A stretch of 64,000 nucleotides of DNA, taken from NCBI RefSeq assembly GCF_018977255.1, contig NW_024704742.1, positions 127,102,001 to 127,166,000 on the forward strand, given 5' to 3'. Below, one piece after another: positions 37,391 through 50,496 of this stretch (position 1 is the stretch's first letter; every line of letters begins with the position of its first letter). The notes beneath the pieces were generated by a model. The model was not told the DNA's origin, ran no database searches, and saw nothing but the letters and a program-made list of their open reading frames with translations. The stretch comes from Callorhinchus milii. Its lineage: Eukaryota. The translations under genes and the position numbers were made by a program.

Positions 37391-39571
37391 ACAGAGAGAT
37401 TAAATCATACACAAGCTAAAAATAAATAACTGCCCAGAACAAATACATTAAGTGTCCCTGAAAGAAATATTATAAAAGTGTTCGTAACTGGGTTATTCAA
37501 GTTAGCCTGGGAGTTATTGTTCTCTAGTTGAGAACTCCCATCAGTCAACTGAAGATGATTGAAAAATTGTCTCTTAAATCTGTTGTGTTTTTGATCTATG
37601 ATCCAATATCCAGCGCTTGAGATATCCTTTAAGGTCATTGAAACGTGAACGGCGCTTTACAAATATAATTTTGTTGTTGTTGATCAAAATCAACATTCTC
37701 TTGTGAATGTCAGCTGTACGTTGCATTTAAAAAACAAACATTGCATGCTTTAATATAGTTTATTCTGAAACTCGGAACCGTAGGTGGAAATCATGGAGAG
37801 TGCTTATCGGTAGATCCCAGACTATTATCTACGGGGAGAGAGGGTGTCATTTTATTAGCAGTGCTCTGAGACTCCAAAGGGTGTTATATAAATCAAGTTG
37901 TGGTTGGTATTAACCCATTATATTTATTGAACCACTTTCAAGTTCCTTTGTGGGCAGGGTTTCGCTCACAAATATAGTCAATTCACATTGCAGTGTATTC
38001 TGTGAAGCGCTTTGAGACGTCTAGAAGACATGTAAGGCGCTGTATCAAATGTAAGGGTTATAGTATTATAAACAGAGCTGCAGTACCTTCCCTGCTCCTC
38101 TTTTATTCCCTTAATTCCAGGAAATGGTGTACAGTATTACAAATTCCTAAGGCTGTATAATTGGGTCTGGAACTTTTCCAGTTTTCATTTGCTCTTTTGC
38201 TGTCTTACATAAAGATCGTTTCTGGTTTTGACCTAAATTAAGTCGTTGCATTGATCAGTGGATCAAAAATGTTAAGTGAAACACAAATATTCGCCTATAT
38301 TACAAGTTTTATTAGCAGTTCGGACTATATGTAGTGGATGTTCTTAATTTGATGATGAACTTTGACAATGCTAATAATGGGATTTCCTGAAATAAACCAT
38401 CATCAAAATGTACTGAATTTATTGCTAATGTAGCCCCATGTAACATTTGCTCTACTTCCCTCTTTTACATGTTTAAAATGATATTATTTTGCTCTGGGTT
38501 TGCTAAGAGAGGAGAAAATCAGCAAGATATTCTGCTGTCTTTATCGAATCCAGTGAACTTGACTGGTAGGGGTGCAATTGTAGATGTCAAGTGCTGAAAT
38601 TCTTTGTACTTTCAGATGTCCTCCTGATATGAAACGTGGTGTATATATAAATGTATATTCTATCATAGATTCCATCTAGTCTTTGCTGCAAGGCTGCTTT
38701 GTCTTAAAATTTACGATCCTCACATTCAGATTGAATTTAAAGTTTCTGTAGGACTGCATGATCTTACATTTGAAGGCAAAATGTTTTTATGGGCTAAGAC
38801 TTGGTGGAACTTTAGACTTCTGATAATGACCATATCAGGCTTGGCTATGATGCATTGCATAATCTAGTAGCCTGCCGAAGGTCACAATTAAGGCTTAAAG
38901 TGAAGAATGTAGACTTAGAAGCCTACTGAAGATTTACTGGCATGTGTGAACAGCATGAGTTGACATCTTTTGAGATCAAGGAAGAGAATACATAAAACGC
39001 TTCAGTCAATGATTAGTTCAGTAAATAATTTTACCTTCAATCCTCACCTTTTTGTTCGTGTTCACTTTTTACCTCTGTAATTTTTCCACTTTCAACCTTC
39101 CTTTCCATTTTACATTTTACCTTTGAGTATTTGTTAATCATCTATAGGGGATAAAAGAGGGCTAGAATTTTTTTTACATAATCAGGCTTTTTAAAATATA
39201 ATGTTCCTAACCACAATTGGCTTTTGGAGTCAAATCCACACAGTATTCGAAAGGAAATTGGATTAAATTATTAAGAACATAGGTGGTGGAATCGAGAACT
39301 ATAAAAGGGTGAACAAGTTCCTGCAAACTAACAGGACTCGCTTATTGAATGAAATGGGTGAAACAAAAGAATCTTGGTAATTTGTATGAATTGGAGAGAT
39401 GAATCAATAACTTTTAACTCTTTAACTTTTCTTTCTTTTTGTCTTATCACCTGAGAGAGAGTGTGTGTGTGTGTGGCTGTTGTGTGGGTTCTCTCGCTCT
39501 CTCTTAATTAGTTAATACTTGTCATATTGTCCTGAATAGCTCCCTCTGTAACCGTATTCTTACCTGTGTTC

Positions 39572-39870
39572 AACAAAAATTAAGTTGGTTTTATGTCTTT
39601 CACATCGGGAGAACGTCCCAAGGCGCTGGACAGTCAGGAATTTGAACCTGGGATTTGGGTTGGGATCAGGAGGGGTGGAGGGTAGGGAGCGTGGGTAGAA
39701 GAGGAGGGTTTTGAGATGGGCCTTGAAGGAGGCAAGGGATGGGGCAAGAAGAAGGGACTGTGGAATGGAGTTCCAAAGGGTGGAGGCAGAAAGGCTGAAG
39801 ACCCGACGGCTGATGGTGGGGCAGGGGACTTGGAGCAGACCAGAGTCCTCTGTACGGGGGGAGCAAACAG
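39572..39870 (-). mobile_element. L2 3' end
   Basis: ctttcacatcgggagaacgtcccaaggcgctggacag tail, colinear with 8792-9060. Confidence 0.8.
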
Positions 39871-40362
39871 GTCTTTATGGAGTTAGACAGTTCACATTAG
39901 GGATGTATGTTTTCTTATCACCATAAAGGAAAGCCAAAGAATGTTTCTCAAGATCAGTGTTAGAAACTATGGGTATTTCACTTGAAATGTCACCTGGTCT
40001 AGTGGTATCACCAAGTCCATTGCTGGCTTGCATCTTATTTAATGTTGGGGAGGATGGTGGAGTTCTCGGCCCAGATTCCCAGCTGGATCTGTTTTCTTCC
40101 CTTCCCATGTGAATATATTGAAATAAATGGTCCCATTGCTGATGAAAAACCTGCTTGTTTATCAAAAAAAACTGACTGTCCAGCACCCTGGGTCGTCTTT
40201 CCGATGTGAAAGGCGCTTTATGAGTGTAATTTGTTGTTATTTTCATGCTTCAGTGTTCACTGGCAGGAGATTGCTTACCTCAAAGCAATATTGAAGCTTC
40301 AAGGGTTTTAAGTAGTGGCAGGATATTTGGTAGATGTTTGTCCAGTTTAATTACATTTCTAA

Positions 40363-40497
40363 TAGGCAAAATACTGCCGATGCTGGAAATCTGAAATAAA
40401 AACAGAAGTTGCTGGGAGCACTCAGCAGGCCAGGCAGCACCTGTGGAGAGAGGAAAGTGAGTCTCAACATTTCACGTCAATGATCTTTCATCAGAAC
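40363..40497 (-). mobile_element. Single arm of the Penelope-like-derived element
   Basis: gcaaaatactgccgatgctggaaatctgaaataaaaacagaag...ctttcatcagaac is the reverse complement of 8405-8543. Confidence 0.7.
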
Positions 40498-41034
40498 ACT
40501 ACATTTCTACCTACTTCAATGTCTGATCAGACTTGCAAACAAAGTATAGACCTTAAAGAGGCAAGTTCTGAGGATTTCTTGTGCACAGAAGTCATAAAAC
40601 TATTTCAGTTCAGATGATTCTACCAGTTGGGATGCAGATCCAGGGATGTCTATGGAAGGTGGATCGCCCATGTTCTTCAGAATCTTTAATACACTAATTC
40701 TTTGCATTTCTACAATAGACTTTACTCTGCTTTCAGATCTGCCCTTCGAACTTGAGTAGTTGCAGTTCAAACCAACACTATTAGTCCAGTAATAAACCAG
40801 CAGGTATGCACCAAGTTGGCCTCATCCTCCCTGCAGCCTGTTATCAGTATTGTTAATTACGTAATTAAGGACATCTGCAATTCCCTCTCTGCAACTGTTT
40901 GCACATGGCACATAATAGAACCCCTTAAATCAGATACGATACAAATTTTGAATTGGTTACCAGTACAGTATGTTGTTTATAATCCTGGTGTTAAAGCCCC
41001 GCTCATAAATACTGACTGTTCCATATTATTTGTA

Positions 41035-42060
41035 GAGTCCTGTAGTGTATTGGTTAGAGCATTTGCCTGGTAAATGAGAGGACTAGGTTAGATTCCTGGG
41101 CAGAGTGAAATCTTAGGCAAGTTTCCTTACTCCACACGCCTCTGTTTACCTTGTAGTAACTAGGAACCCAGTTGTTAGTTCATTGGCGGATCGCTTTTCT
41201 AGCGTTAATAATCCTTAAAAGAAATAATAGTAATTTGAGCACTCAATCCACAGCTGTTTATGTACACTTCTGCGTGCAATTGGCTGACGTGTTTCGTCCA
41301 CAAATTATGCAGTCAATTAACTTTACAACAACGACAATTTTTATTTATACAGCGCCCTTCATGCAGGGTACAATCCCAGAGCACTTCACAGTGGCAGAGT
41401 CAGAGACCGAGCCAGCGGGAAAGGGAGGGGCGAAGGTGACCGTAAGCACGACAAAAAAGGTCTTTAGATAGGATTTGAAGGTGGGGAGGGAGGGGGTAAG
41501 GCGGGCAATGTGACAGTGGTGAAAAGGTGGAAAAAAGCGGTCCTGGTCAGGGAACGGACGTGGGGTAGGAAGGAAAGCTGGGGGATCGAACCTGAAGCCT
41601 AAGTTGCGCACAGGTTCGGTGATTCTGAGGGAGGGAGAGCCCGGGGCAGTTGAAGAGTTCAGACCCGCAGGAGAGAAGACATTGACGAGAGACAAAGAGT
41701 ATGGCTTCCACCTTATTGACATTCAGCTACAGGAAATTTGCACTCATCAGGGCTTGATATCCATCAAACAAGCTGATACGACATCAGCAGATTGGGAGTC
41801 GCAGCTGGAGGAGGAGAAGTATATTTGGGTATCATCCGCATGTATGTGGAAGTTGACCCTATGTCTGCGGATGACATTGCCGAGAGGGAGCACGTAGATG
41901 AGGAAAAAAAGGGAGCCTTGGGGTACCCCGCAGGTGATCGAGCAGGGGCGGGAGGAAAGAACACTGGCTGAGATGAAGTGCTGGCAGTTGATTAAGCTAT
42001 TTGAGATGTCTCAATGACCTGCTAAGGTGCTATATCAAATGTAAGGATTCTATTATTATT
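41035..42060 (+). mobile_element. tRNA-derived SINE (long variant) interrupted by an internally deleted minus-strand L2 (~41326-41982)
   Basis: SINE head and body 41035-41325, then L2 with tail acaacaacgacaattttatttatacagcgccc and RT remnants, then SINE tail resumes at ~41992. Confidence 0.85.
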
Positions 42061-42522
42061 ACCACACTCCCTTGTTGGCGAGGAAGCAGATGAACTTCTC
42101 CCAGACATTTACCAATGATGTGTTTTATAACTGGCAACAAATATTCTTCAGACATCTTATTAAAAAAAAATTCATTCTGGCCTTTGCACTAAGATTTAAT
42201 TGACGAAGTCTGAACGCTTGATTCGTCAATTTTTGATGACATACAATACAAACTAGCAGCGTCCTGTAATAGTGGTGATAAATAGATTTGTGGTGTAATG
42301 GACGTGGACTGGGATTATCTTTCAATCTAACTGGTGGTTCTTTGAGGCGTAATACTGTTCGTCTTATTTCATCTCTTGATAACCCTGGTGGTAGAGAAAA
42401 GCAAATTGATAGGTTAAAGTGAGCGTGGCATTCATTAGGACCAATGTTTATTATTTTATTTTGTGTAGTATCATCTTCGTGAAGCAACATTTGTGACAAG
42501 CTCATGAGCCTCCAGTTAAAGG

Positions 42523-42886
42523 TAATAATAATAATCCTTGCATTTGACACAGCGCTTTACATGTCTTCTAGACCTCTCAAAGCGCTTCACAGAATATATT
42601 GTAAAGTGAATTGACCGTATATTTGTGGGCGAAACACAGCAGCCAATTGCACACAACAGTGTCCCACAAACAGTCATGGATTGAGTGATCACATCTTTTT
42701 TTGAGGGATTATTATCCCCAGAAAATCGATCCGCCAATCGACTAACAACTGGATTCCTATTTACTGTGAGGTAAATGGAGGCTTGTAGAACAAAGAAACT
42801 TGCCCAACATTTTGCCCTGCCGGGAATAGAATCCAGGTATCTCACTTGCGAGGGGGAGTGCTGTAACCACTGAGCTGCAGGACTCC
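42523..42886 (-). mobile_element. tRNA-derived SINE (long variant)
   Basis: Full head (ggagtcctgcagctcagtggttacagcac), body and (ATT)n tail. Confidence 0.9.
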
Positions 42887-44924
42887 AGTGTACTTGGGTT
42901 CTGACATGCCCAAAACCCTTCTTTCCCTTTCACGGCTACAGTAAAGGCCTTCTTTCCCTTTGATCATGTCAAACAACTGGATCGTGGTCATTTGTAGTTT
43001 GCGCAGTTGTGACATGGATTTCTAATTTTGTTTGGAGAGGAAGAGAAGAAATTAGTTTGATAGGAAGTTTTCTTTAAAAGAAAGAACTTTTGCTTTGGAA
43101 CGAATAACCAGAAATAGTAAATGAATTCTATTTGGAACCAAGCTTATAATTAGCAAATATCTTTATGCCGGGAGTCAGTAAATGCAATGTTGGTGGTTCT
43201 ACTTATGGAATCCTATCATCAACCAGTGACCAATGCAGCAAAGGACAATTGGAAATGAAGTCAGAGGAGTTATGCTACATATTTATTTTTCAAATGAAAG
43301 GGTTGACATTTAAACGTTGTAAAAGCTAACATCAATATAGCTGTAATTTTTGCTGCTATGACAACATTAAAAAGTATTCAAGATGGTTTCTCAAGAGCGA
43401 CATGACTTTTAGCTCGTCAGTAGAAAATAATGACTTAAGTATACGAATGTTGAGAATACAGTCCATTCTGAACTTTGAAAATAGAAAAAATAGTTTTGTG
43501 CACGCAACTATGGCATCATTGTGGGGTTGAGCAGAGCTTTGCTATTAGCAGCATGTGAATATATCTAAGCTTTTTGCACAGTAGCTTTATTTAGAAGCTG
43601 ATAATATTCCTTAGATGAGTGTTTGGCTGCTTACTGGCTCCTGGCACCCATGCCAGCAATGTGGTGGCAGAGTGGAGTTGGAGGGTAAAAAGAAATTTCT
43701 CGGATTTGTGTATTCCACCAATCTCCAGCGTGCATTTCAGGAAATGGTGCCAAGACTGTCAAACTTAACTTTTTTTTAATATCATCTGAACCTTTCTATT
43801 ACTATTCTGTAGTGCAGTCCAGACCCTATTACAAATTAGTATATTATCTAGGCTAGCTCTTGGTTATAATGGGATGTCTAACCTTCTGTGCTTTTGTTTC
43901 CTTATTCAGAGTAATCTCTTCCGTAGACAACTTTGTATTTTGCTGTTTGAAACTTGAGTTTGTTAATCTCTGTTGTCTTAAGAAGACCTCCGTACTGTGG
44001 TACAACAAGAGTGTATCACGCGCTCTCTTTGTTTCCAAGTTACAGAAGAAGGAGATGCGGTGCAAATGATATTGAGCGAGGAGGAGGGTAACTAAAACTG
44101 ATTCACCTTTCTGTACTTCTTGGCATCTTCTCACTGAAAGACACTAAGCGTTTGTAACAGGTTATCTGTCTCGACACTCAGCTGGGGAATCCCAGAACGT
44201 GAGAAAGCAAAAACGTGTTGGGTATTTTCTCCCTTCTCAGGCTTGATAAATGGTAGTAGGTGTGTGGTGTATTTTTGATGATTACTTCCTAAGTTTTATC
44301 ACTAAATCGATATTCTCACTTTAAAGGGAATTCCAATTTGGAATGTTGACAGAATGAACGTCAAATAGACCCGGACATGGCCATTGCTTTACTTATTGCT
44401 GAGCATCAGGCCTCTGAGTCCAAATCCTTAATGTTTCCCACACGTACCATTCAACAGTACGTGAAATGCTTAACTTCAAGCTTTCAAATTTTGTTACTAT
44501 TAGAATTGGGTGTTTTTCATTTTGTTCTACTTACTTCATGTCTTTATTCTCTTGATTTAGGGTTAGGGTTTCACCCACAAAATACAGTCAATCCACTTTG
44601 CAGTGTATTTTGTGAAGCGCTTTTGAGACAGCTCAACAACGTGATGAGGCTCTATATCAAATGCAAGGATTATTATTATTTAGGGATATTAGTACACTCC
44701 ATTTTCAGTAAGAAACCGAATATTAGAAATGTCTGACCTATCTTAAATGTTTACTGTATTCTTTTTAAAACGATTTTCAAGTGTGGTAAACCTTTATCTG
44801 GAAAATAGAATAATAGATTATAAATATGGAAGTTCATCGACTGTTTACATTATTCTTAAATGCAAGGAGTAGGTTTGTTGATACAAATTATTTACTAATC
44901 ACATAAAGCTTTAAAACCAGGTTC

Positions 44925-45145
44925 AAAACATAAAATACTGCAGATGCTGAAATCTGAAACAAAAACAGAGAGAGCTGGGAAAACTTAGCAGGTCAGGCAG
45001 CATCTATGGAGAAAGGAAATGAGTCAACGTTTCAGGTCCATGACCCGTTTCGAAGGGTCGTGGACCCAAAACTTTGACTCACTTTCCTTTCTCCATAGTT
45101 GCTGCCTGACCTGCTGAGTTTCCCAGCTCTCTCTGTTTTTGTTTA
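44925..45145. mobile_element. Palindromic Penelope-like-derived element, second two-armed copy
   Basis: Arms aaacaaaaacagagagagctgggaaa...catgaccc / gggtcgtgg...tttcccagctctctctgtttttgttt are reverse complements centred near 45050. Confidence 0.7.
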
Positions 45146-47160
45146 AAACCAGGTTGTTCTTGTGAGAGAAGTTAATAGCATTCAACTTAATGTTTGCTAA
45201 GGAATGACAGTTGAAGATTGGTGAGAGTAAATCTGATATAATAATAATAATAATAATCCTTGCATTTGATATAGCGCTTTTCACGTCGGGAATGGACGTC
45301 CCAAAGCGCTTCACAGAACACACTGTTTGAAAGTGAATTGATACGCGGCAGCCAATTGTGGACAGAATGTAAAAGTCTGATGTTTTGAAGTTGGTGTGAT
45401 AGCATTGTATGTTGGACCCCCAAAAAAGTCACTCTACCTTGCAGTAAATGCGGTGAAGCACTTTGAGACGTCATCCTGATGTGAAAGGTGCTATGTCAAA
45501 TGTATGTTTTTATTACGTTTATCTTTCTGAACAATATTCAGTGGAGTGCCATATTGCATTCATTGGAGTGGTATCTATTGGTTGATTATACCACATTCAT
45601 AGTATTCTGCTTTCTTTCTTGATTATTTTTGCTATTTGCTAGTTTGGTATGAACAATGGACAAATGTGTTTTTCTTGTAGTGTTACTCAAGCTAGCCTTA
45701 AGTAACTGTTCTATTAAAAGATGGATTTGTGAAACATCACTCGAGATATTACTGGAAGATTTGCTCATCTCAGTCTTGTATTGAGTCAGACTTGGGGCAA
45801 GTTCTTAATGGAAAAAAGCAGGTGTCAAAATCAAAATCAGAGTCTGCACATTTTGATCTTGAGTAACATTTATGGTGCTGTCTGAAAATGATTGGTGGCG
45901 TAATTGACTGTTCACTTGAAATATCAGTCATTGTGGAGCTGTTATGAACAAAGCTCATAGAGTGCTGAGATGAGACTCAGCAGATGTGTCAGAACTGGTT
46001 ATTAATTTCTGGCATCCTGTTTTCACACGGTAATTGACCATTGGAATGTATTGGGGGAGGGGGGAAGAGATGGCCGAAACTTGTGGGTCAGTTTTAGAAT
46101 AAAACTCAGATATAAATGTACAAGCTCGTTTTCACTGGAGAAAAGATAGAGGGAATGTGTTCAAGGTTTTAAAATGTCAAAAGACGCAGATGTGTGTCTG
46201 ATATCCTTGCCTTTTAAGCTCGATCAGGAATTAAGCTGTGTGTTTAGCACTTTTATGAAAATATCTGAGTTTAGAGGATTATGGACTGCAATCTCCTATG
46301 GCACAAATGAGGATACTCAAAAGAATGCATATCCATGATCTTCAAACTCAGACATTCCATAAAAGATGTTAAGCATACGTCTTATGATATGATGATATTG
46401 ATGGTTAAGGCACACATACACTCACTTATATTGCTTTAATTGCTTCACTGCTACTTCTTTGAAAGACGTTCACTGGAGCAGTGTAGTGATCTGTGACTGC
46501 ATTTTTCCAGTCTGTCGGACCAGTCAAGTCAACGTGAATTGGGTGCAGATTGCATGAATTTCTACAGTAATCATGTGGTATTGTCAAAAACATTTTTTCA
46601 GCATCAGTTTTCTGCCAGAATGGTGCTTTCTGACAGTGATTGAGAAGCAGCAAATGAAGTGGAATAAACAGCAATTGAAGTATTTATACTATGTTAATTC
46701 TGAATGTTAGCAGAGTAACTTGATTAAGAGGAAATATTACATTTTTAGATTATAAAGTGCCAGAATATCAATTATAAACCAGAGATGGCCTGAAACTATT
46801 GGAAACAAGCTCTGGAAATGGACCATTGGCAATGCCCAGTGATATCTGGATATCCCTGCATATTCCTATTTGACTTTTTATTTTTTGCCTTGAAAACTTC
46901 CAATTCCATCTTAAATGCTGTGGTTTTAGCCATCTCAGTTCAGAGTCCTGAGGTAATGTTAATGATAATGCAGCTGACTCAGCAGCTATTAGCAAAGACT
47001 GAGAATCAAATCTGAGATTTTTCAAATCCATACGACTGCATTTTACACTGACCAGTAAACATGTTGGTTGATTGGGTCGGGGGTGGGGACAGGGACTTTG
47101 TATTTGATTTGTAACAAATTTAATGGGAAGAGCATTTTACTGCATCAGCCTGATGGTAAT

Positions 47161-47520
47161 GCTGTAGCGTAGCGATTAAAGCACTTGCTTTGCAAGTGAG
47201 AGGACCTGGGCTTGATTCTTAAGGCAAAACCTTAGGCAAATTTCCTTACTCTACACGCCTCTGTTTATCGAGCGGTAAGTAGGAACCCGGTTGTTAGTCA
47301 TTCGGTGGATCACTTTCCGGGGGTTGTAATCTCTTTTATATAATTTTTTAAAAATTGGTTACTCATTCCGTGACTGTTTGTGGGACACTGTTGTGTGCAA
47401 TTGGCTGCCTCACTTCACCCACAAAATATACACACAATTCAATTCACAGCATATTCTGTGAAGCCCTTTGAGATGTCTCAACAAAGTGATAAGGCGTTGT
47501 ATCAAATGCAAGGATTATTT
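47161..47520 (+). mobile_element. tRNA-derived SINE (long variant), ~150 nt upstream of the ATOSB start exon
   Basis: Colinear with 42523-42886 in the opposite orientation. Confidence 0.88.
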
Positions 47521-47808
47521 TGGGAAGAGAAGAAATAACAGACCACATTTTAGACGTTTTATGCTTTTACAGATCGCCCTTTTCTGTGTGTGTGGACAAA
47601 AATATCTAAACAGTAAAATAATGCCACTTGTCAAGTAGCACCTTATAACTCTTCCTTATTTTGTTGTTCAGATGCTGTGCCACAGGAGTGTCAACAAAAG
47701 CATCTTTGGTTCAACTTCATGAAGGCACCTCTTCATCTTTGTGAATCGCACAACCGTTTTCCCTGCTCTTGGATTTCTACGTTTCTGTGGTGTAAAATAC
47801 AACAGTCC

Positions 47809-48705
47809 ATGAGGCACATGCATTTGGAGAGCTCTGAGAAGGAACAGTCTAAGGACGTACCTCTGCAGGCTTCAGGTCATGCCAATGGCAGCCTCCAAGG
47901 TTCACCAGCAAGTGACTACAGTGTGGACTCTAATGATGTCTCACAAAGAGGTGTTTTGGGAGAATACAGTGAGGGGGAGGTCAGATTTCAAAAGGTGTAC
48001 CAGCTCTCAATATTTTCACACCTATCTAGCACTTCCAATAGTTCGGAGCAGAGAAACTGCAAACAGGGTATTAAGAGATGTCTGAGTGAACAGCATCCAG
48101 ACCTTGAGCCTAATCAGAAACGAATACATGTGCGTTGTAAAAATCCTTCTATGTTGACTGAAAACTTAAATGCTTTTCACTGTGGAACTGACAACGGCAA
48201 TCATCCGGAACCGGTTGTGGAAAAAACAAATGAATTTACAGATCAGGAAGATAACTGTTTCCATGATGGAGAGCCAGTTATACATGGGTCTGCGCAACAC
48301 TTTTCTCACAGTGGTTTGCACGTAGTGGAACATAAAGGCCTTCGGGACGATATCTTGTTAGAAGATGGAGAGACTTGTACACCTGCAAGTAAATCAACAC
48401 CAAAAACTCCCTCTGAGAAATGGGCGCCACCTAAAGTGAGTGCTGGTTTGCCCTCTTCTGAGAAAACACCCTCCTCCTGTGGACAGACTGCTACTATCCC
48501 AAGCCGATGTACAGTAAAACGAAAGCTGCTCTCACCAACAAATGCATTGGGGAAAGAGATGTGCTTAGGGGATGAATGTCCCTCTGTCGCAAAGAAATGT
48601 AGGATTCAGTTATCTCATTCCATCCCAGTATCCTGCAGAAGTACCGATGCCAAAGGTGCACCTTTCTGGAATCACTTACTTCCATCGTCGAGAGATGCAT
48701 CCAAG
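47809..48705 (+). CDS. ATOSB: Atos homolog B (FAM214B), first coding exon (exon spans 47672-48705; 299 codons from ATG 47809)
   Basis: Translation MRHMHLE...VYQLSIFS...AQHFSHSGLHVVE...KRKLL...DAKGAPFWNHLLP matches motifs I recall from vertebrate FAM214B (MRHV..., VYQVSIFS, SQHFSHRGLCVVE, DAKATPFWSHLLP). Acceptor ttgttgttcag|47672; donor AAG|GTGAGT after 48705, phase 0. Confidence 0.93.
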
Positions 48706-49034
48706 GTGAGTGTTAAATATCTTGTTCTTCGCTTCTTGTGCTTTCAGTAAACCATTTCCTAACTGTGATCTTTCTCTTTATCAAACGCATTGAACGGAAG
48801 TCGAGGAGAAAGCATGTTCAATACTTACTGTTTTTTTTAGGAAAAGGGAATTGTCAAACCTGTTAAAGTAACCACCTCAATTCCGCAACCACCCTGGAAC
48901 GGTCCCTTGCTTTGATAATGAACATTGTGTGGTAATTATTTCCAGGTGTTCTTTTTTTTATATCTGTTTGATCTGAGATGCATTTTGTAGTATAAAGGTA
49001 CTTATGTAGCATAAAGGTACAGCTACTACACTCT

Positions 49035-49225
49035 GGATCTCGCTCCCTCAATCCCTTCGCCTTGCCCCCTCCTTCCCCCCCTTTAAAACGCGCCTAAAGA
49101 CATTTCTTTTTGATTATGCTTACGGTCACCTCCCTCTCCCCCTGGCTAAATGTCAGACTTTGCCACAGTGAAGCCCTCCTAGATGCTACACCGCATGAAG
49201 GGTGCTATACATGCAAGTTGTTGTA
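49035..49225 (+). mobile_element. L2 3' end
   Basis: ctccctcaatcccttcgccttgcccc...gggtgctatacatgcaagttgttgt. Confidence 0.75.
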
Positions 49226-49286
49226 GGATAAAGGTATTCCTGGTGTGTAGTTTCTGGTTCCAAGGGACTAACTTCACTGCTGTTTG

Positions 49287-49570
49287 ATTCATAGAAAGTA
49301 CAGTCCAGAAACAGGCCATTTGGCCCTTTCAATCCAGCCGGTGAATATACTTCACACGAGTGCCCATTCTAGATCCTATCCCTTGTTCCCTATTCCGGCC
49401 CGTTCCCTATATCCCTCAACTTTATTCTCGCTCAACCATGTGCCCAGTCTATTTTTGAACATGCACATGGTTGCTGCCCTAATAACTGACTGTGGCAGAG
49501 AACTCTACACTCCCACCATTCTGAGAAGCCCCCAAACTGTGCACAGTATCCTGTTGTGGACTGACCAACT
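49287..49570 (-). mobile_element. CR1 3' remnant
   Basis: catagaaagtacagtccagaaacaggccatttggccc CR1-type end. Confidence 0.6.
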
Positions 49571-50496
49571 TGAGATGCCACTGATTGTCCAACAGCTAAT
49601 CATAGAATTGCTTAACTATTCAAAGTAATGGAATACAGGGAAATCTTTTTAATTTTGCATTTATGAAGCATTTGGCTTAAATGCTGGTTATATCTGTTGA
49701 TGCCAATTATTTCTCATATTCAAATGCTGACAATTAATTACCACACCAAATAAAATAAAACAACCTTTGATGTTACTATAACTTCCGTTGCCCTCATGAA
49801 TCTTTTTGTCACTGGTGCCGACTTTTCAATATATGAAAATTGAATTATGAATTTCAACATTATTTAGTCTCTCTTCACTGGTCAGTTGGAGTAGATGAGG
49901 CACACTGTGCTGGATTACGATATTCATTCCTTTAGTAAAACAATTTTGGGGATGACTCCAGAATACGTGTTGGGATAGTGCAGGAAATAATCTGGGTAAA
50001 TAATCCTTCCATCTCACTTATAATTTAAAAAAAAATTCAATAAATTACGTAACTGTTATTAAAATCTGTTTATTATTTTTTTAAAAATTGCAACATCAAG
50101 GTGAATCATTTTAACATAGAAAATACTGTTGTTTCGAAAAATGTTTCCAACACAATTTTAAGACTTGAATTGCATCTCCCACAATCACACATTTCACCAT
50201 ATTTCTGAAGTAGGAAACATTGGGGGTGATCCTGTTATAAGGTCCTTGTTAGAACATTGCTTTGCTTATAACACAGATGTCTTGTAGTACACTTGCAGCA
50301 ATGGTCAGCTACGAATGCTCACCAAACTGCCAAGCATGCATAAGAAGGGTAATGAGTAGCGACCTGATGACATGAAAGCATGTAATATTTTTCAGTGTCG
50401 TAACAGGTCTGTCCAATTCTACAAACTGAAAACACCGTGTATAAAGTGAGACAACTAAAACACACTTATAATTTAGATGTTGCTTTGGTTGTGTTA

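Noticed and set aside
44184..44193. NF-kB consensus GGGGAATCCC
   Set aside because: Single short motif with no supporting cluster; cannot be distinguished from chance.
47677..48750. 357-aa ORF as a complete single-exon gene
   Set aside because: It starts at a GTG and reads through the donor at 48705/48706 into intron; four downstream exons continue the FAM214B protein in phase.
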